Of a stretch of DNA of 64,000 nt, positions 41,901 to 55,062 are shown one piece after another. Location: positions 806,001 to 870,000 of the forward strand of contig NOWV01000002.1 in the NCBI GenBank assembly GCA_003344405.1. Direction: 5' to 3'. Position numbers and translations under genes: made by a program. Numbering within the stretch: position 1 is the stretch's first letter; each line of letters opens with the position of its first letter. A model generated the notes under the pieces. The model searched no databases. It saw only the letters and a program-made list of their open reading frames with translations, and was not told the DNA's origin. Origin of the DNA: Trichoplax sp. H2. Its lineage: Eukaryota.

Positions 41901-44900
41901 TGTGCGAATCCATTCAGTATCTACGAAGTATGGAAAAGTCGTTGTAAATAATTAAGTACATTTGATAAAGAATTATTAGAAGTATATTAATCCAAAGGTA
42001 CTTACTTGGAAGATAAGAAAGTACGCGTAACTATGAATTTTTGCGAAGTAGATAACACCCATCATGGCAGTAAATATTGATATTCCTATTTTAAGTGAAT
42101 TATTAGCAAGTTTTGAAGAACCAAAACGGAATTAATTTTAAAATCTATACCAATAACAGTATTTCTATTACGTGAAAATTTCATACGTTACCTAACATTC
42201 CGCCACTTAGAAAATACCTCTTATTTACTCGCTCAGCGACGTATCCACTGGTGATTTAAACATACCTGATTAGAATTATATAACACAATTTTGTAATAGC
42301 AAATGTTTTACGTATGTGCATGTAGGTACCTTACTAAAACACCCACGGCATAACAGAATAAAAAAACTACGTCCAAAATTCCCAGCAAGTGACTACCATT
42401 TTGTTCATCTAGATAATTGAGGGCAGGACTTACGTTAATATTTTGTTTTCAAAGGCAATCAAGTTAAAATACAAAACCAGTCATAACATACTAAATGGTG
42501 CCCATTGGGGGCATGATTGAACCAATTTCGTTCCGTTTATAATAAGCGGCTGAGAATGGATTTCATTACCAGAGACAAGCATTTGATCATTATCAAGAGC
42601 TAGCGTACAGTTGGGTGTATATAACGAGCTCTGCCGAACAGACAGTGAAGGAATGATAATATAGAGTAAGCAAATTTTAATGACCGAAATATCTTATTAC
42701 AACCATAATATCATAATATAAAAAATATTTGGAATAATTTTACGACAATTAAATTAATTGAAGATGAAATTTTTTATTTCATTTCAGAAATTAGTCCATT
42801 CTACTTCACTTTTGACATCGGTCAAAAATTTTACAGTAGATAACAGAAACGAACAGGAAGTCCTATTGTAACAAAGTTATAATTAAGCAATTCACTATAT
42901 ACAGTATAGGGCAGGGCGTAGATAGAAAGGAGGAGCAATATTCGAGCTTAGAACTTTCTACATTATGCACCAATACTTTACAATATTCCATATAATTGTT
43001 AATTAATCAAGCTAATACGATTCTAATCTTGGTGATTTTTAAGTTCTTTCTAGCAGAGAGATCTCAAACATTAAAAAAGATCTCCACTAATTCCGGTAAG
43101 AGAATTACAGATATTGCAGTATTTTAGTTCTTCGCACGTTATAGTGTTATCTACTGTATCATCACATAGCTAACACAATTTTGATCGAAATTACCTTAAC
43201 AACGCTTATGATCTTTCGGGTCATATGATAGCATGTATACGAGAGGAAGGTTAGAAATAGAATCCAAGCCGCATACCTGGTAATCAATAGAAGAACAATA
43301 TCAGAAACCAATGGCCTTTAAAATGGTTCATAACGCTATTATTACGTGGATATAACTAATAGCTAATTGTATGTGAGAAGATTCAAGATGGTGAGATACT
43401 GAATAAGTAAATATGCAACTACATTGTACAGTACTGATTTCAATCTTTGCATGAAGTTACTTGTATATGTGTACGGTAGAGAGAAATACTGATTGTAGAC
43501 TATATAAACAGTTTACATAAAGTTTTGAGGCAAACCACCTTGCGAATGGAAAATAAAGCATAAACCTACAAGATTTTAAAATTATGGAATTATGGCTGAT
43601 AATGTGATATAGGTTTTTCATATTAGGCAATTATAGTTCAATAATAATGACTAGATTGAGCATATACGTGTATAACCAGCTATAACGTATAAACACCGTA
43701 TGTTTTTGTCAGCATGTCCTGAACTACTCGTACAGTAGTTCTAGTAGGGTATTCGAATACTCTCTACTATAAGATTTTCCGTAAAGTAGAAATCACGAAT
43801 TGTATTACGACAGCATTTAAGTGATTCTTTAATCAAACCGGAAGCTGATGTTGATGCTTTTAAATACTATAGCAATTAATAAGTAAATTTTATATCAATG
43901 ATATAAAGAAATTTGCTTAAAATTCAATTTTTAGAATGTAGTTAATCTTTACTAAAATCGGACGTATCAATCTCAACGAAAATTAATTACAGACGAGTAT
44001 AGGTAGGGCATTTTTATTGGCCTGTATTGGATGTAATACCAGTCTATCACTGCAATTAAAGCAACATCTGCGTCCTACGAATATTGCGGGAGGCATCCTA
44101 CGAAGGGCGTTCTAATACACTCTTGTAGTGTTATTTAGGTGGCTTAGTAGTTCCGCTATTAAATCGGCTTGACGATTTAACTTGCATTATATTGAAGGGT
44201 ATTGAAGAGCATTATTATTGATACTTATTTCTATCAAGTCTTGGGAAGATCAACTGTAGAAGTGATGCGCATCATGGCTTTACTAGCGATTACATTCATT
44301 TTTTATCATTCATAACTCCCAAGACGAGCAATCTGTTAATCGCATATGGCTACTGTATTAAGATTGTTCTACTACATTGCATACCGTTGAGACTTGATTA
44401 AATATTGTACTATACGTCCATGTATCGTATGATCATTTCCTGTCTTGTATAGCGCAAAGAAATAACAAGGCTTATACAGTATTCGTCTTGGATAACGTTG
44501 TTACTATTGCAGGCAGAATGGTGGTAACAGCAGCAATTGATCAATTTAATGTACGTGTATCCTAGTGATTTCAATTACGTTCCTCTCCTTTCCTTTATAG
44601 CAGACCAAGTAGAAATATAACTGTAGATTACTGGAATTAAAATTTTTATAGTACAATCTGGTGCTGTTACGCTATGGTCTAAATCAATAGAATAAGAACG
44701 ATGCTACATACGAGTCCGGTATCAAGTATCTAGCAATGGCACTAGCAATTTATTTTAGTGGCTAGTAAAAAAAAATCGAACATGATTGAATATTGAACTC
44801 GATTGAATACTAATCGGCAGTAACAATCCATCATCTATTGAGGCATTGTGCTACTTTTCAGGGGAAAAATGTGATTCTAATCTCTGCAGTTATTTACTCT

Positions 44901-45389
44901 GGTCAAGATTACGATATGGATTTCCTCTCATTAGAAGGTAACCTTTAATAAAGGAAAGTACATTAGATCCTTGGAAAGAAAAAATGGCAGTTTATTTTAC
45001 GGATTACTACAGTAAACAATCGTCTACTATAGCCTGTAAAAATAGTCCAAAATGAATTAGTTTTAAAGCGTTGGAATGATTATCCTATCCACTATGCAAC
45101 CTCATCAATGATGACTAAGTGATAACAACCTATCAGGGAAAGAGAATTGGATAACGTATGGGGCCGATCGAGTAGTAGTGTAGATTATCTACTTTTGGAT
45201 TGAATATCCTGTTTCAAAATCAATCCCTTCAACTCACATATTCTCCCTCGATTGCCTCCTTATCACTCGTATTAACGGTGGGCCTCCAGAGTTCCTGGAT
45301 GTAGAACATAACTGCGTACTGCCAGCATTAATGCTGCCACTTTCGTCAATAATCTTCTCGTTCATCAGATTCGCGTTTTCCTTTTCCAT
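38941..45389 (-). CDS. SLC37A2: SLC37A1/2-type sugar-phosphate exchanger, tandem copy 2 (most conserved)
   Basis: Exon 1 is 45389-45238 (MEKEN..GGPPLIRVIRRQSREN). Then CYHMTRKIISVVK, CPQWAPF, QSTGWP, WNSHTSFGNMLG, FNKLVSYTFLFWLPFY, FDVGGIIG, NGPYALITTAVSAEL, TATVTAIIDSTGS, GWMNVFY and ..ENGKVVATA* (stop 38941-38943). Confidence 0.92.
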
Positions 45390-46483
45390 CTCGTAGCAGC
45401 TAGGGTACTGCCAGCAACGATTTGCTGGCGGAATATATAAGCGATCGTATGGATTACAACTCTAGCAATATTCTGCTTGGTTCATCTCATACTATCACCT
45501 ATAGCGTTCAGTCGCTCGACAGACATGTTACTAAGTTTCTATAGTACTACGCCAGTCGGTAAGGATTTCTATCAGAAATTCTCCCAGCCAAGTTCATATT
45601 GATTCATATCGACTCGCCCACGGCCATATAATACACTCAGATTCAACGTACTTTATGAGCAGGGATACTGTCAAGTCGTGTTGTCCAGCTGCGACTTATG
45701 GCCGGCCTTGTTGACTGTTTACATTTAGACCTTGTTTCGATAGTTTGCAACTAGGAATCCAGGATTACATTAAATCCCACCCTTACCCCCCTCTGGAGAA
45801 AATATCCTAGCTTTTCCAGCTTTGATATACTTCTATGAAAGGGACTCCGTAGAGTTTATTCTAGTATTGGTAATTTTCAGTATTTAACCTACTTTGATTG
45901 ACTTTTTGCTAGGCATGGATTACAAATAAATAGAGATAGTCAATATGGCGTTCAATCGTTATTGGCGTTGACAGCAAGTCATCAATCCACTACAACTTCC
46001 CACCATGAATGTCAGTACTGGTCTAGTTCAACAACTTTTTCTCTCTTGAATCGTCTCTGATAACGACAGTACTTTACTAGAGCTGTTTAACCCTACACTA
46101 CTTCTATCACGTATAAACAACTCGATCTCTATCTCGACCTACGCCATAATCTATCTATCGGATGTGTGGATGCTTTTACTGAGGTTAAGGTTACTTTCTG
46201 TTTGTCAATATTCAGGTGGAAATCACGAGTGCCAGCGACGATGTTAGCTAGTCCGTTGATTGTTGCATTGCATGATGCTGTCATGGATGGCGTTAGTATG
46301 CCAACTGAGCATAACAGGATACATCAGTAAGCCGAGCTACAGCACCCGGTAAAATTTCTTTAGTAATGGTATCGAAACTGGATATGATAATCATTTGCGA
46401 TGATTATTGTCATAACTCTGGAATCCAGTTGCTGCATAGCTGGTATAGTCATTCGGATTTTACTACTGTGCTTATCTTGTTTG

Positions 46484-47280
46484 CCATCATCCTGATATTT
46501 CCTCTGATTAGATACAATACATGTAGAGTAGAGTACAGTACACAGGGACTTCTAAAGAGAAATCCGTGCTGTACTTATTTACAGAACAAGTCCTTTGCTG
46601 TACAATGTACAATTTCCTCTGATTAGATATTGCCAACAGCAACTTCTAATAAGAGAAATTCGTGCTGTGTTATTTACAGTAGAAGTCATTAGCTGTACAT
46701 GGAGGATGCTTCGATCCGGTCCTATTGCAGAAAGACAGTACGTTAATAGGATTACCGATTACACATCATCCTAATATTTTCCTCTGATTAGATATTGTCA
46801 ACAGCAACTTCTAATAAGAGAAATCGGTCGGTATTTTTCATACAGTAAAAGTCCTTGTTGTACAGCTGGGAGGATACTTCGATCCGGTCCTATCGTAGCA
46901 AGACAGTTCAGTAATAGGATGACCGATTACTCATCATCCTAATATTTCCTCTGATTAGATGATATTGTCAACAGGAACTTCTAATAAGAGATATCGGTAC
47001 TGTATTTCTAAGAGAAATCCGTGCAGTGTTATTTACAGTAGAAGTCCTTTGCTGTACATGGAGGATGCTTCGATCCGGTAATATTGCACCAATACAGTAT
47101 AGTTATAGGATCATCGATTACACATCATCCTAATATTTCCTCTGATTAAATATTGTCAAAGGAACTTCTAATAAGAGAAATCGGTACTGTAATTCTCATA
47201 CAGTAAAAGTCCCTATTGTACAGCTAGTATGGCTAACAGTATCATTTGCAAATGGAGGAGGTTCAATCTGGTCCTGTAGC
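46484..47280. repeat. Tandem array, ~130-190 bp unit, ~5 copies, upstream of SLC37A copy 2
   Basis: catcatcctaatatttcctctgattagata..caacag.aacttctaataagagaaat occurs at ~46485, 46612, 46764, 46932 and 47123. Confidence 0.88.
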
Positions 47281-48483
47281 AGCAACAGAGTAACAGGCTT
47301 CCTTTTTATTAATAAATGAATTTTAACTCAACATCAATTATTTTATTGTGTACAATTATCTATTCCACATTCTACACGAGTAATGCTCTACTTCATCGTT
47401 CGATGATACTTTTCAAAGCGTATTTACTACTGTAATAACTTGAAATCATTAAAGTATAGAACTTTATGCTGATACTGTTTCAAAAGCACCTTTAATGAAC
47501 GGGAATGGGATTACAGTATTTTTACACGCTGCGTATTACTGTATCTTGAGATTGAAAAAATTCTTTTCAGATCTTGAAGTAGGCATGCCACGGAACGTGA
47601 CTCGATCATGTACACGAGCTTTAGCATAAAACATCGCCCAATATCTAGTTTGCCCATATTTCTCTTATGACTACTATTGTATAGGCTAAAAGCACAAAAA
47701 TTACTCTTGAATGATAGCAAGCATACCCTGACTATGTTGAAGAGTTTACCCTAATCGCTGGTTTACAAGACGACCATAGCCGTAATGCTTCCGTATTATT
47801 CCCTTACAACCTGGTCTTGAGTAGAGCTTGCTGTAAGAATATGGCCATGAACTATCCATATTACAGTATTTTTCATATCCCAGCACCAGGGTATACAATA
47901 TTACATGTTGAGTAAAAGAATCCATCGAACGATCAAACTGTAGCCATTAGCAAAGAAAAAAGCCTTTAATACCAACATATTGCAGTTTGTTGTTGATTCT
48001 TTATTGACTGACTGACAGCACATGACATGATTTCGTCGATAGAGTGCCAAATAGTAAGACCATCTGCGACCAAAAGCATGCTTAGAAACTGCATATATTA
48101 GTAGTCGATTGATTATTTAATACATACACAGTATGATTTCGTTGAAAGATGAAATAAATATCAAGCTACCGGTGACCAATGAAACAATAAGTTCTCGTCT
48201 TGTATGCCATTTGAAGCCCCAAGATGAAGGATTAAATAATACAGAATATCTTGAATACTGACTTTTAATTAATTTACATCATAAATTATTCTTTCTCCTG
48301 GCAAAGGAATCAAGGTATATCAAGTGTTTTAAATATGGCATATGTCTTAAACTTCAAGTTCAATTATACGTGTCTATTCACATTGATTTTGAGGTTGATA
48401 ACATCAAACTATAACATTCTCATTCTTACAGATACTAAAATGCTATTTTTCCCGTAACGATAATAATATTCATAAAATCTTCA

Positions 48484-51400
48484 TCATTCTTCCATCTTCA
48501 TTAATGTGTAAGTTTTGCCATTACTAAAAATGATATTATATGAGTTTTTATTACCGTAACTTCAATAAACATATATTACTCAAGGTACTTTCATGCCGAT
48601 AATCAACCATTAAAACATAGTAATTTTTTTAGGCTACTCACGATGCTTTGTTACGCATTATTCGAATTTCTTTCACTGACGGATAGATTAAGATCTATAA
48701 AGTATTCATCATCATTAATAGAGGTAGCCAAAATAATATCATAATTACCATTTATTTTAATTAATACAAAAAAAATGAATTCTTTAGGCCTAATATTCCT
48801 GTACCAAAGTTGATATTATTTGTGAGCCCATTAGCATGTAAAATACATTGTTCCATCCCTAAATTTACATATATTTAAATAAAAAGTATAACAGAAACGT
48901 TAGCTTTATCACTATTCTTTAACTATTGGCATTGCTCGTATTGATTAGTGGGCCTACCGTTGGTAGTATGACACCAGTTAATAATGGTCCAAGCGCAGAA
49001 CCTATCGTAAAGTCAGGAATAATTTAAAACACGAATGATCAATAATTTGTCGCAGATGATCCATTTTACTACTTGCTAACCGATTGAGGCCGTAGCATCT
49101 AATATTCCAGACACTGTAGCGGTAGCTTTCTCGTTATTTTTCAAGGTTGGGCTGTTACCCTGGTTATATACAGTGCGAAGTCAAAAATTTCAACAATGAT
49201 AGGAATAAATATATCTTCGTATTTGATTGGAACAATTTTATTAAACCTAATATATCACAATACCAATTCAGCTGCCACTGCACCAACTGTTAGCATTAAG
49301 GGTCCGTTAATAGCAATGCCAGAAATAATCATTAAAACTGTAAGAAAATGGATAGCAGAGGGTGATATAAAAGGCAAGAAATGGAGAGGCAAAAGGGTAT
49401 AATGATTATATCATAAATAATTTCTAGAATTTATATTTTGAATACACATTCACTAACCGATATTGGAGGCTAAATTTATTCTTCCGTAAAAATGGTAGAG
49501 GTATAGCTGATATTGAAAATAATCCATTACATCAAAAACGGATAGAATTGACCAACTTATACTTAGCTTTGAAGTAGTAGTATCAAGCGAATATTAGCAC
49601 CGAAGTAGAGATTACGTAATTATTGAAGCTTACCGTTGGAATTGAGATCGCATACAGTGTCATGCTGATTATTGCCTTTTTATTAGTTTTATCAAAGATG
49701 ATACCTGCTACTATTACACCTTTAATAATAGAAAAACTATCCTTAGTAATAATCAAGCATCTTAGCAACAATTTTAAACTTTGTGTATTCTATTGTAATT
49801 ATGACAATGTATTAATGGAAAGCTCTACCGAGGTACTTAGAATACAATACAATATTGTACCTATAATTCCTCCAATATCGAAGAAAATAGATATAAATGC
49901 CGCGATTTTGCCATTATATCGGACTCCCCCTATTACTATGAATAGAATGTATCGTTAAATATGTATTAAAATACGTTTTTAACGTAAACTGATGACATTA
50001 AAATATAATTGAAGAGTAAAATCAAACAGCAAAGTATGAACATGGTTTTACATACGTATACTATCCAAATAGAAAGGCAGCCAGAATAAGAAAGTATAGC
50101 TGGTAAACTTGTCAAAAAATACTGCTAAGGCGAAACTGACTACACCCTAAATAAGCATACAACCAATATTATAGCTGAATATGGAATGCACAAAATTTTA
50201 TTAAAACTATTTATATTATACATATATACTTCAATTTTTAAGGCGTCAGTGATCGTTACAGCTTTTGAAGGTGAAGTAGCCTACAAGATAATAATGATCC
50301 AATCATTAAATCTTTTGCCTTAATGAATGTAATTAATTAGCGTTCCTAGATATCGCTCATATATTTGCTATCTGATCTAAATCGGGCCATCTATATCCGT
50401 AAATACTGTCATAGATATGGTAAAACAAAGTAAAATATCCCGATTTATTGGAATATGCATATTGTGCCGAAATATCAAGTTTAAGAGTGACTTACACTTT
50501 TATTAGTTTTGGACAGTTGCTCCTGCTGATCATCTTTCTAATATTTCAGAGCATGGTACATATATTGCAATAAAATATACTAGTATTATTTGATTTTTTT
50601 GGCGATTCTTATTTGTATTTTATTCACTTACAGTTATCGTTTGTACGACCTCATAATCCTAAAAAAGCAATTAAATACCAGGATAAGAATATTTAGCAGT
50701 TATACGAGCGAAGTAAATCAGGAGAGCTGAACATAGCATAATCTGATATTAGGTATTATCAGTTGAAATAGTTTAGGATTTAAAATTATACTTTGTTTAA
50801 CAATTACATCCGTATAATTAGATACCATATATAGAACTATGCGGAAACAGTCAAGCAAATGATTTACCAAAATTTACGATTACAATTTCACTTATATTTG
50901 GCTAGTTGGTTTATGCAATAATATAAGTTATTGTGTAGTAAAAGGAACATTACGTCATTTACATGTTGACGTGGCTCTGGACAACCAACTTCATTAGGCT
51001 CTGCAAAGTAGATAAAGCGCAACTATATCAACTTAAGCAAGTATGTCCAGATGTCAACGTTGGAAATAAATCTATTATATTATTAATAACTTGCCTACGA
51101 CTAGACTAAAGAAGATTAAAATTGCGAAAACTCCAGTTATAAGTGCCGGTATAATAAACGACCATCCCCTGATATCATTGTAAATTTAATGAAATAATGA
51201 TTAAGAATTAGTGATTTGTATTGAGTTAATGAAATGTAGTTACATTAGATAATTAAGAAGTAAGGCTTACCAATGACCCTGTGCCCAGACTCCAGGAATA
51301 AGTAAGCCTAATATATTTCCTACGGATGTATTTGAACTCCATAAGCCAAAAAAGAATCCTCTTCTAAATCATTTAAATTTACAGCCATCAGATTCCATAC

Positions 51401-54400
51401 TATATTTACTTTAAACATATTTTTAACGAATCTTGTTGTTACTATAGGATCACAAAAAATTTTGCTTAGCAATTGCGAATATTTAAATTATTTTATCACT
51501 TTTGTTATCCAAACGAGCGATCAGTAATTATATTAAAAACGAATAATGGATTTACCTGCCTTTTCCAAACCAGTTTGCAATAATTGCAATCATGGAAGGC
51601 CATCCTGTAGACTGTTAGTACAGATATTAGTTATTTTTATACATTCCTAGTCAAATATTTCGATTGAATTACCTGCGCTATACCATTCAACATCTAGTGA
51701 AAACAGTAACAAAAAGAGCAAATAATAACATGAGTACATCGGTAAAAAATTGATTTAGGACGTATTACACTTACGTTAATGGCAATTTACGCGCTTTATC
51801 ATGAATAAAGGAATCTTTTACTCAATATTCTACACTATAAATGGTATCAAAGGATGCCAAACTTACTTGAAATATAATAAAATAGGCATAGCTGTGAATT
51901 TTAGCAAAGTAAGCCATTCCGGTAAGCGCAGTAGATAGTATCATTGCTGTTTGAGTTTAGGGTCGAAATATGAATCATAATCAGCACACTGTACTATTGA
52001 CATTTTTATGAATTAATCTTTCCTTTTTAGTTACTGAAGTCGCTTAAATTCGTAAAATTAAAGTCACAATATTGAGATATACGCGTAAATTATTAAGCCA
52101 TAATAAATAATACATAGTAGATATATGCTTATTTTATTTAATGTAAAGTGATTTTTATTTTATTTTATTTTACTGTATTGCTTGGTCAACTACTGTTAAA
52201 GATATTAGATGAGAATTTCAATATATTAATCGCGATTTTGGTATCCCTACATCTTTTATATACTCAGACTTTATTACCTAGCATTCCAAATGTTAGAAAA
52301 TATCGCTTGTTGACCCGTTCTGCAATATATGCGCTACAAGGCAAAAATGAGTATACTTATGACAGTCGTAGCAATCACGGAAACCAGTCTTACATAAGTA
52401 TCAACCTTACCTTAGTATCATTCCGAAGCCATAAATTAATAAAAACGAAACATCCATTACCGCTAGCAAGTAGCTGCCGTTATGTTCATCTAAATAGTGA
52501 TATATATATAAGACTTGGTTTATTGCTATAGTTTGCGTTTGTATCAGAACCTGATAAAATAGAGCGTTATTCTTGAACTAAAATTTTTACATGATAACTT
52601 TTATAACTGCAAGTAGTATTGATTGCTGAAATAAAATTTATTAAATATTAATGCTAACACTTAAAAATGTATACGTTCACCATATATCAATATTATTTAT
52701 GCTCTTGGAGCCATGAAAGCACAATTAGGTATGCATAATGCCTAGGTCTTATAGACATTATGCATATCTACTGGACGTTTGTAGCTTCAACAGTTTCATT
52801 GTGTTATCTCTCACTGTTATTGCAATTCTGAAATTTACTTACTGAATGGCTTCCATTGAGGGCATAACATATTTAAATTCGAATCGTTAATAGAAATAAA
52901 TTCGGACGGGCTTATGTTAGAAGAAGAGTAACCGGCGTGATTGAGGTAACTTAGAATCTTGGACGTGCAATTGAGTGTATACAAAGAGCTCTAAAAGATA
53001 ATGAAAATCTATTAATTAATATAATATAATTTATGCTGTGTTTTGATAATTAAATTCGTTTACTGATTTAAATTAATTTTTTTGTTAGTTTCAAGTTTTC
53101 ATAAAGATTTAAATTTTTGCCTTAACAACGCTAAGAACTCTTCGATCCATGTGAAAACAAGAATAGGCTAGGTAAGTTAGTATCCAGGCCCAAGCTGCAT
53201 ACCTATACCCGTATACATTAAACAGTAAGAATAAAAGTATGATGAGAAGGTAAGAAGTAACAGTCAATATTATTCTTATTATTCGATTTCAAGTAAGGGA
53301 TAATAGATAGTAGGAAAAGAAACATTGATAAATAAAAGTCTTGTAAAAAGTACGTTATGTAGAAATTGATTTCATTATTATTTCCATGAAGTTAAACGCC
53401 TGCTGTCATATTAAAAATTAGATTTAGTACCCATAATCCAAGCCCCGCGTATATAAATTGCTGATGATCCAGCAAGCAAAACTTTTAATCTATCGAAGTT
53501 TTATTGCATGATCGGTCTCAATTTTAATATACGAAAAGCATCTCACCACGTACTGAAATACGTGAGACCGACATTAAATGGGCATTAATTTCTGCCTTGA
53601 GAAATTACGTAGGCGCGGCTAAATTTTCATAGGAATACGATAGATTGATCACTTGAATAGTGTTAACGAAATTACTATTCGAATTTAAAGACTGTAAATA
53701 TCCCTGTTGGTGATGAAAATCTTAGCTGATGGGCGTAGTTGAGAAAAGTACTTTAAGTTAAATTGGATATGAACGATAATATTGAAACGGATTTCAGGGC
53801 ACGTAAAAAAAACTGACCGATTAAAATCTCACTACTGCAGTTATCTATCAATTTGAATGCTTGAAATTGATCCTTTGATTAGATTCAACGAGACTGATAT
53901 TATTTCTTACCCTTACTGAAAGGTAATATTAAAAACTGGCCGATTAAATCTAAATGTACCGATACCGGTAACGAACATTTACCTAAAACATTTGGAGTTA
54001 TCTGATGTCAAAAGTTCAGCATTGATTGTATATCGGTAGCGCTATATGGAGCAGAGTGATCGCTTCAATGAACAACTAAGTCAATGATGATGAAGACATC
54101 GAATATGCGACATTTCTGACAAAATTACAAAAGTCGATTCAAACTGTTGAAGTTTTCAATCATCGCTATTACTACATATCTATCTATGATCTAATCTATG
54201 GTATAAAGATTAAGTAGGTGTCAAGACAGTTAAAAACTGTCTACTTTTGTATTCTAGTACAATCAACGAAGCGATTATTAAAAAATCGATCGATCATCAA
54301 AATATTTAATATCCTGTAGGTTACTGCAACTGCTTGAAGTATAAAAAATTTCCTGTAATTGATCCTATTTGCTATAGGGTACAGTAGTATCGAAAAGTTC

Positions 54401-55062
54401 AGTGTAGGTAATATTATTAAATATTTAAGAGTAAGTTATTATAAAATTCTGTAGTATCGTAGCTCGTAGTAAAGTGTGGATAATAATATGCAGTAGATAG
54501 TACAGTATATATTTAATCCGTCACATTTATTGTATCAAATTAAAGATGGAAGGAGCAATACCTTAGCTACTATTTCTTAGGCGTGATATCACCTGATCTT
54601 TTTAACTGATGGTTTATAATGACTAATTTAACGAGAATAAAAAACAAATACACCGTTACGCTTTTACTGTCTTAATAAATCAGCTACAGTTGAAGTTAAC
54701 CGACTCCAGAATTCTTTTATGCTTGCTAGTAACTAGTAATAGAGAATTAGCCCAGCGACTGATCAGTTATTCATGTAATTGAATACTAGTACCGATATCA
54801 AGTTCATCCTAAAGAGTAATCATAATCAATCCTTGCCATTTCTAATTAGACGTGATTTTATTATTGTGCTTCATTAATCATGATAAAAGAATAAGTTTAA
54901 AAATAAATTAGGGGCAAAGATTAAAACAAAATCTTACAAATCTTCTCTTTTTTGTCTTCTTAAGAAGCGTATTAATGGTGGGCCTCCTTCGTTCTCATCT
55001 TTGTTTTCCGATACACCTTTCGTATGCTTAGTTATGGGTAGTTTTTCGTTCTTACTTGCCAT
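48484..55062 (-). CDS. SLC37A2: SLC37A1/2-type sugar-phosphate exchanger, tandem copy 3 (divergent)
   Basis: Exon 1 is 55062-54938 (MASKNEKL..GGPPLIRFLRRQKRED). Then CFHMDRRVLSVVK, CPQWKPF, AYIAERVNKRYFL, QSTGWP, WSSNTSVGNILG, FDKFTSYTFLFWLPFY, FDIGGIIG, NGPLMLTVGAVAAEL and GWNNVFYML. The probable last exon ends ..TYTLMKMEE* at 48484. Confidence 0.88.

Noticed and set aside
46685..46725. A-box/B-box-like words (tagctgtacatgg..cttcgatcc) suggesting a tRNA or SINE in the repeat unit
   Set aside because: The boxes are only a few bases apart, the B box is imperfect, and no cloverleaf can be formed.
49196..52531. Plus-strand ORFs of 68-127 aa over SLC37A copy 3
   Set aside because: They are antisense read-throughs of exons and AT-rich introns with no recognisable protein character.
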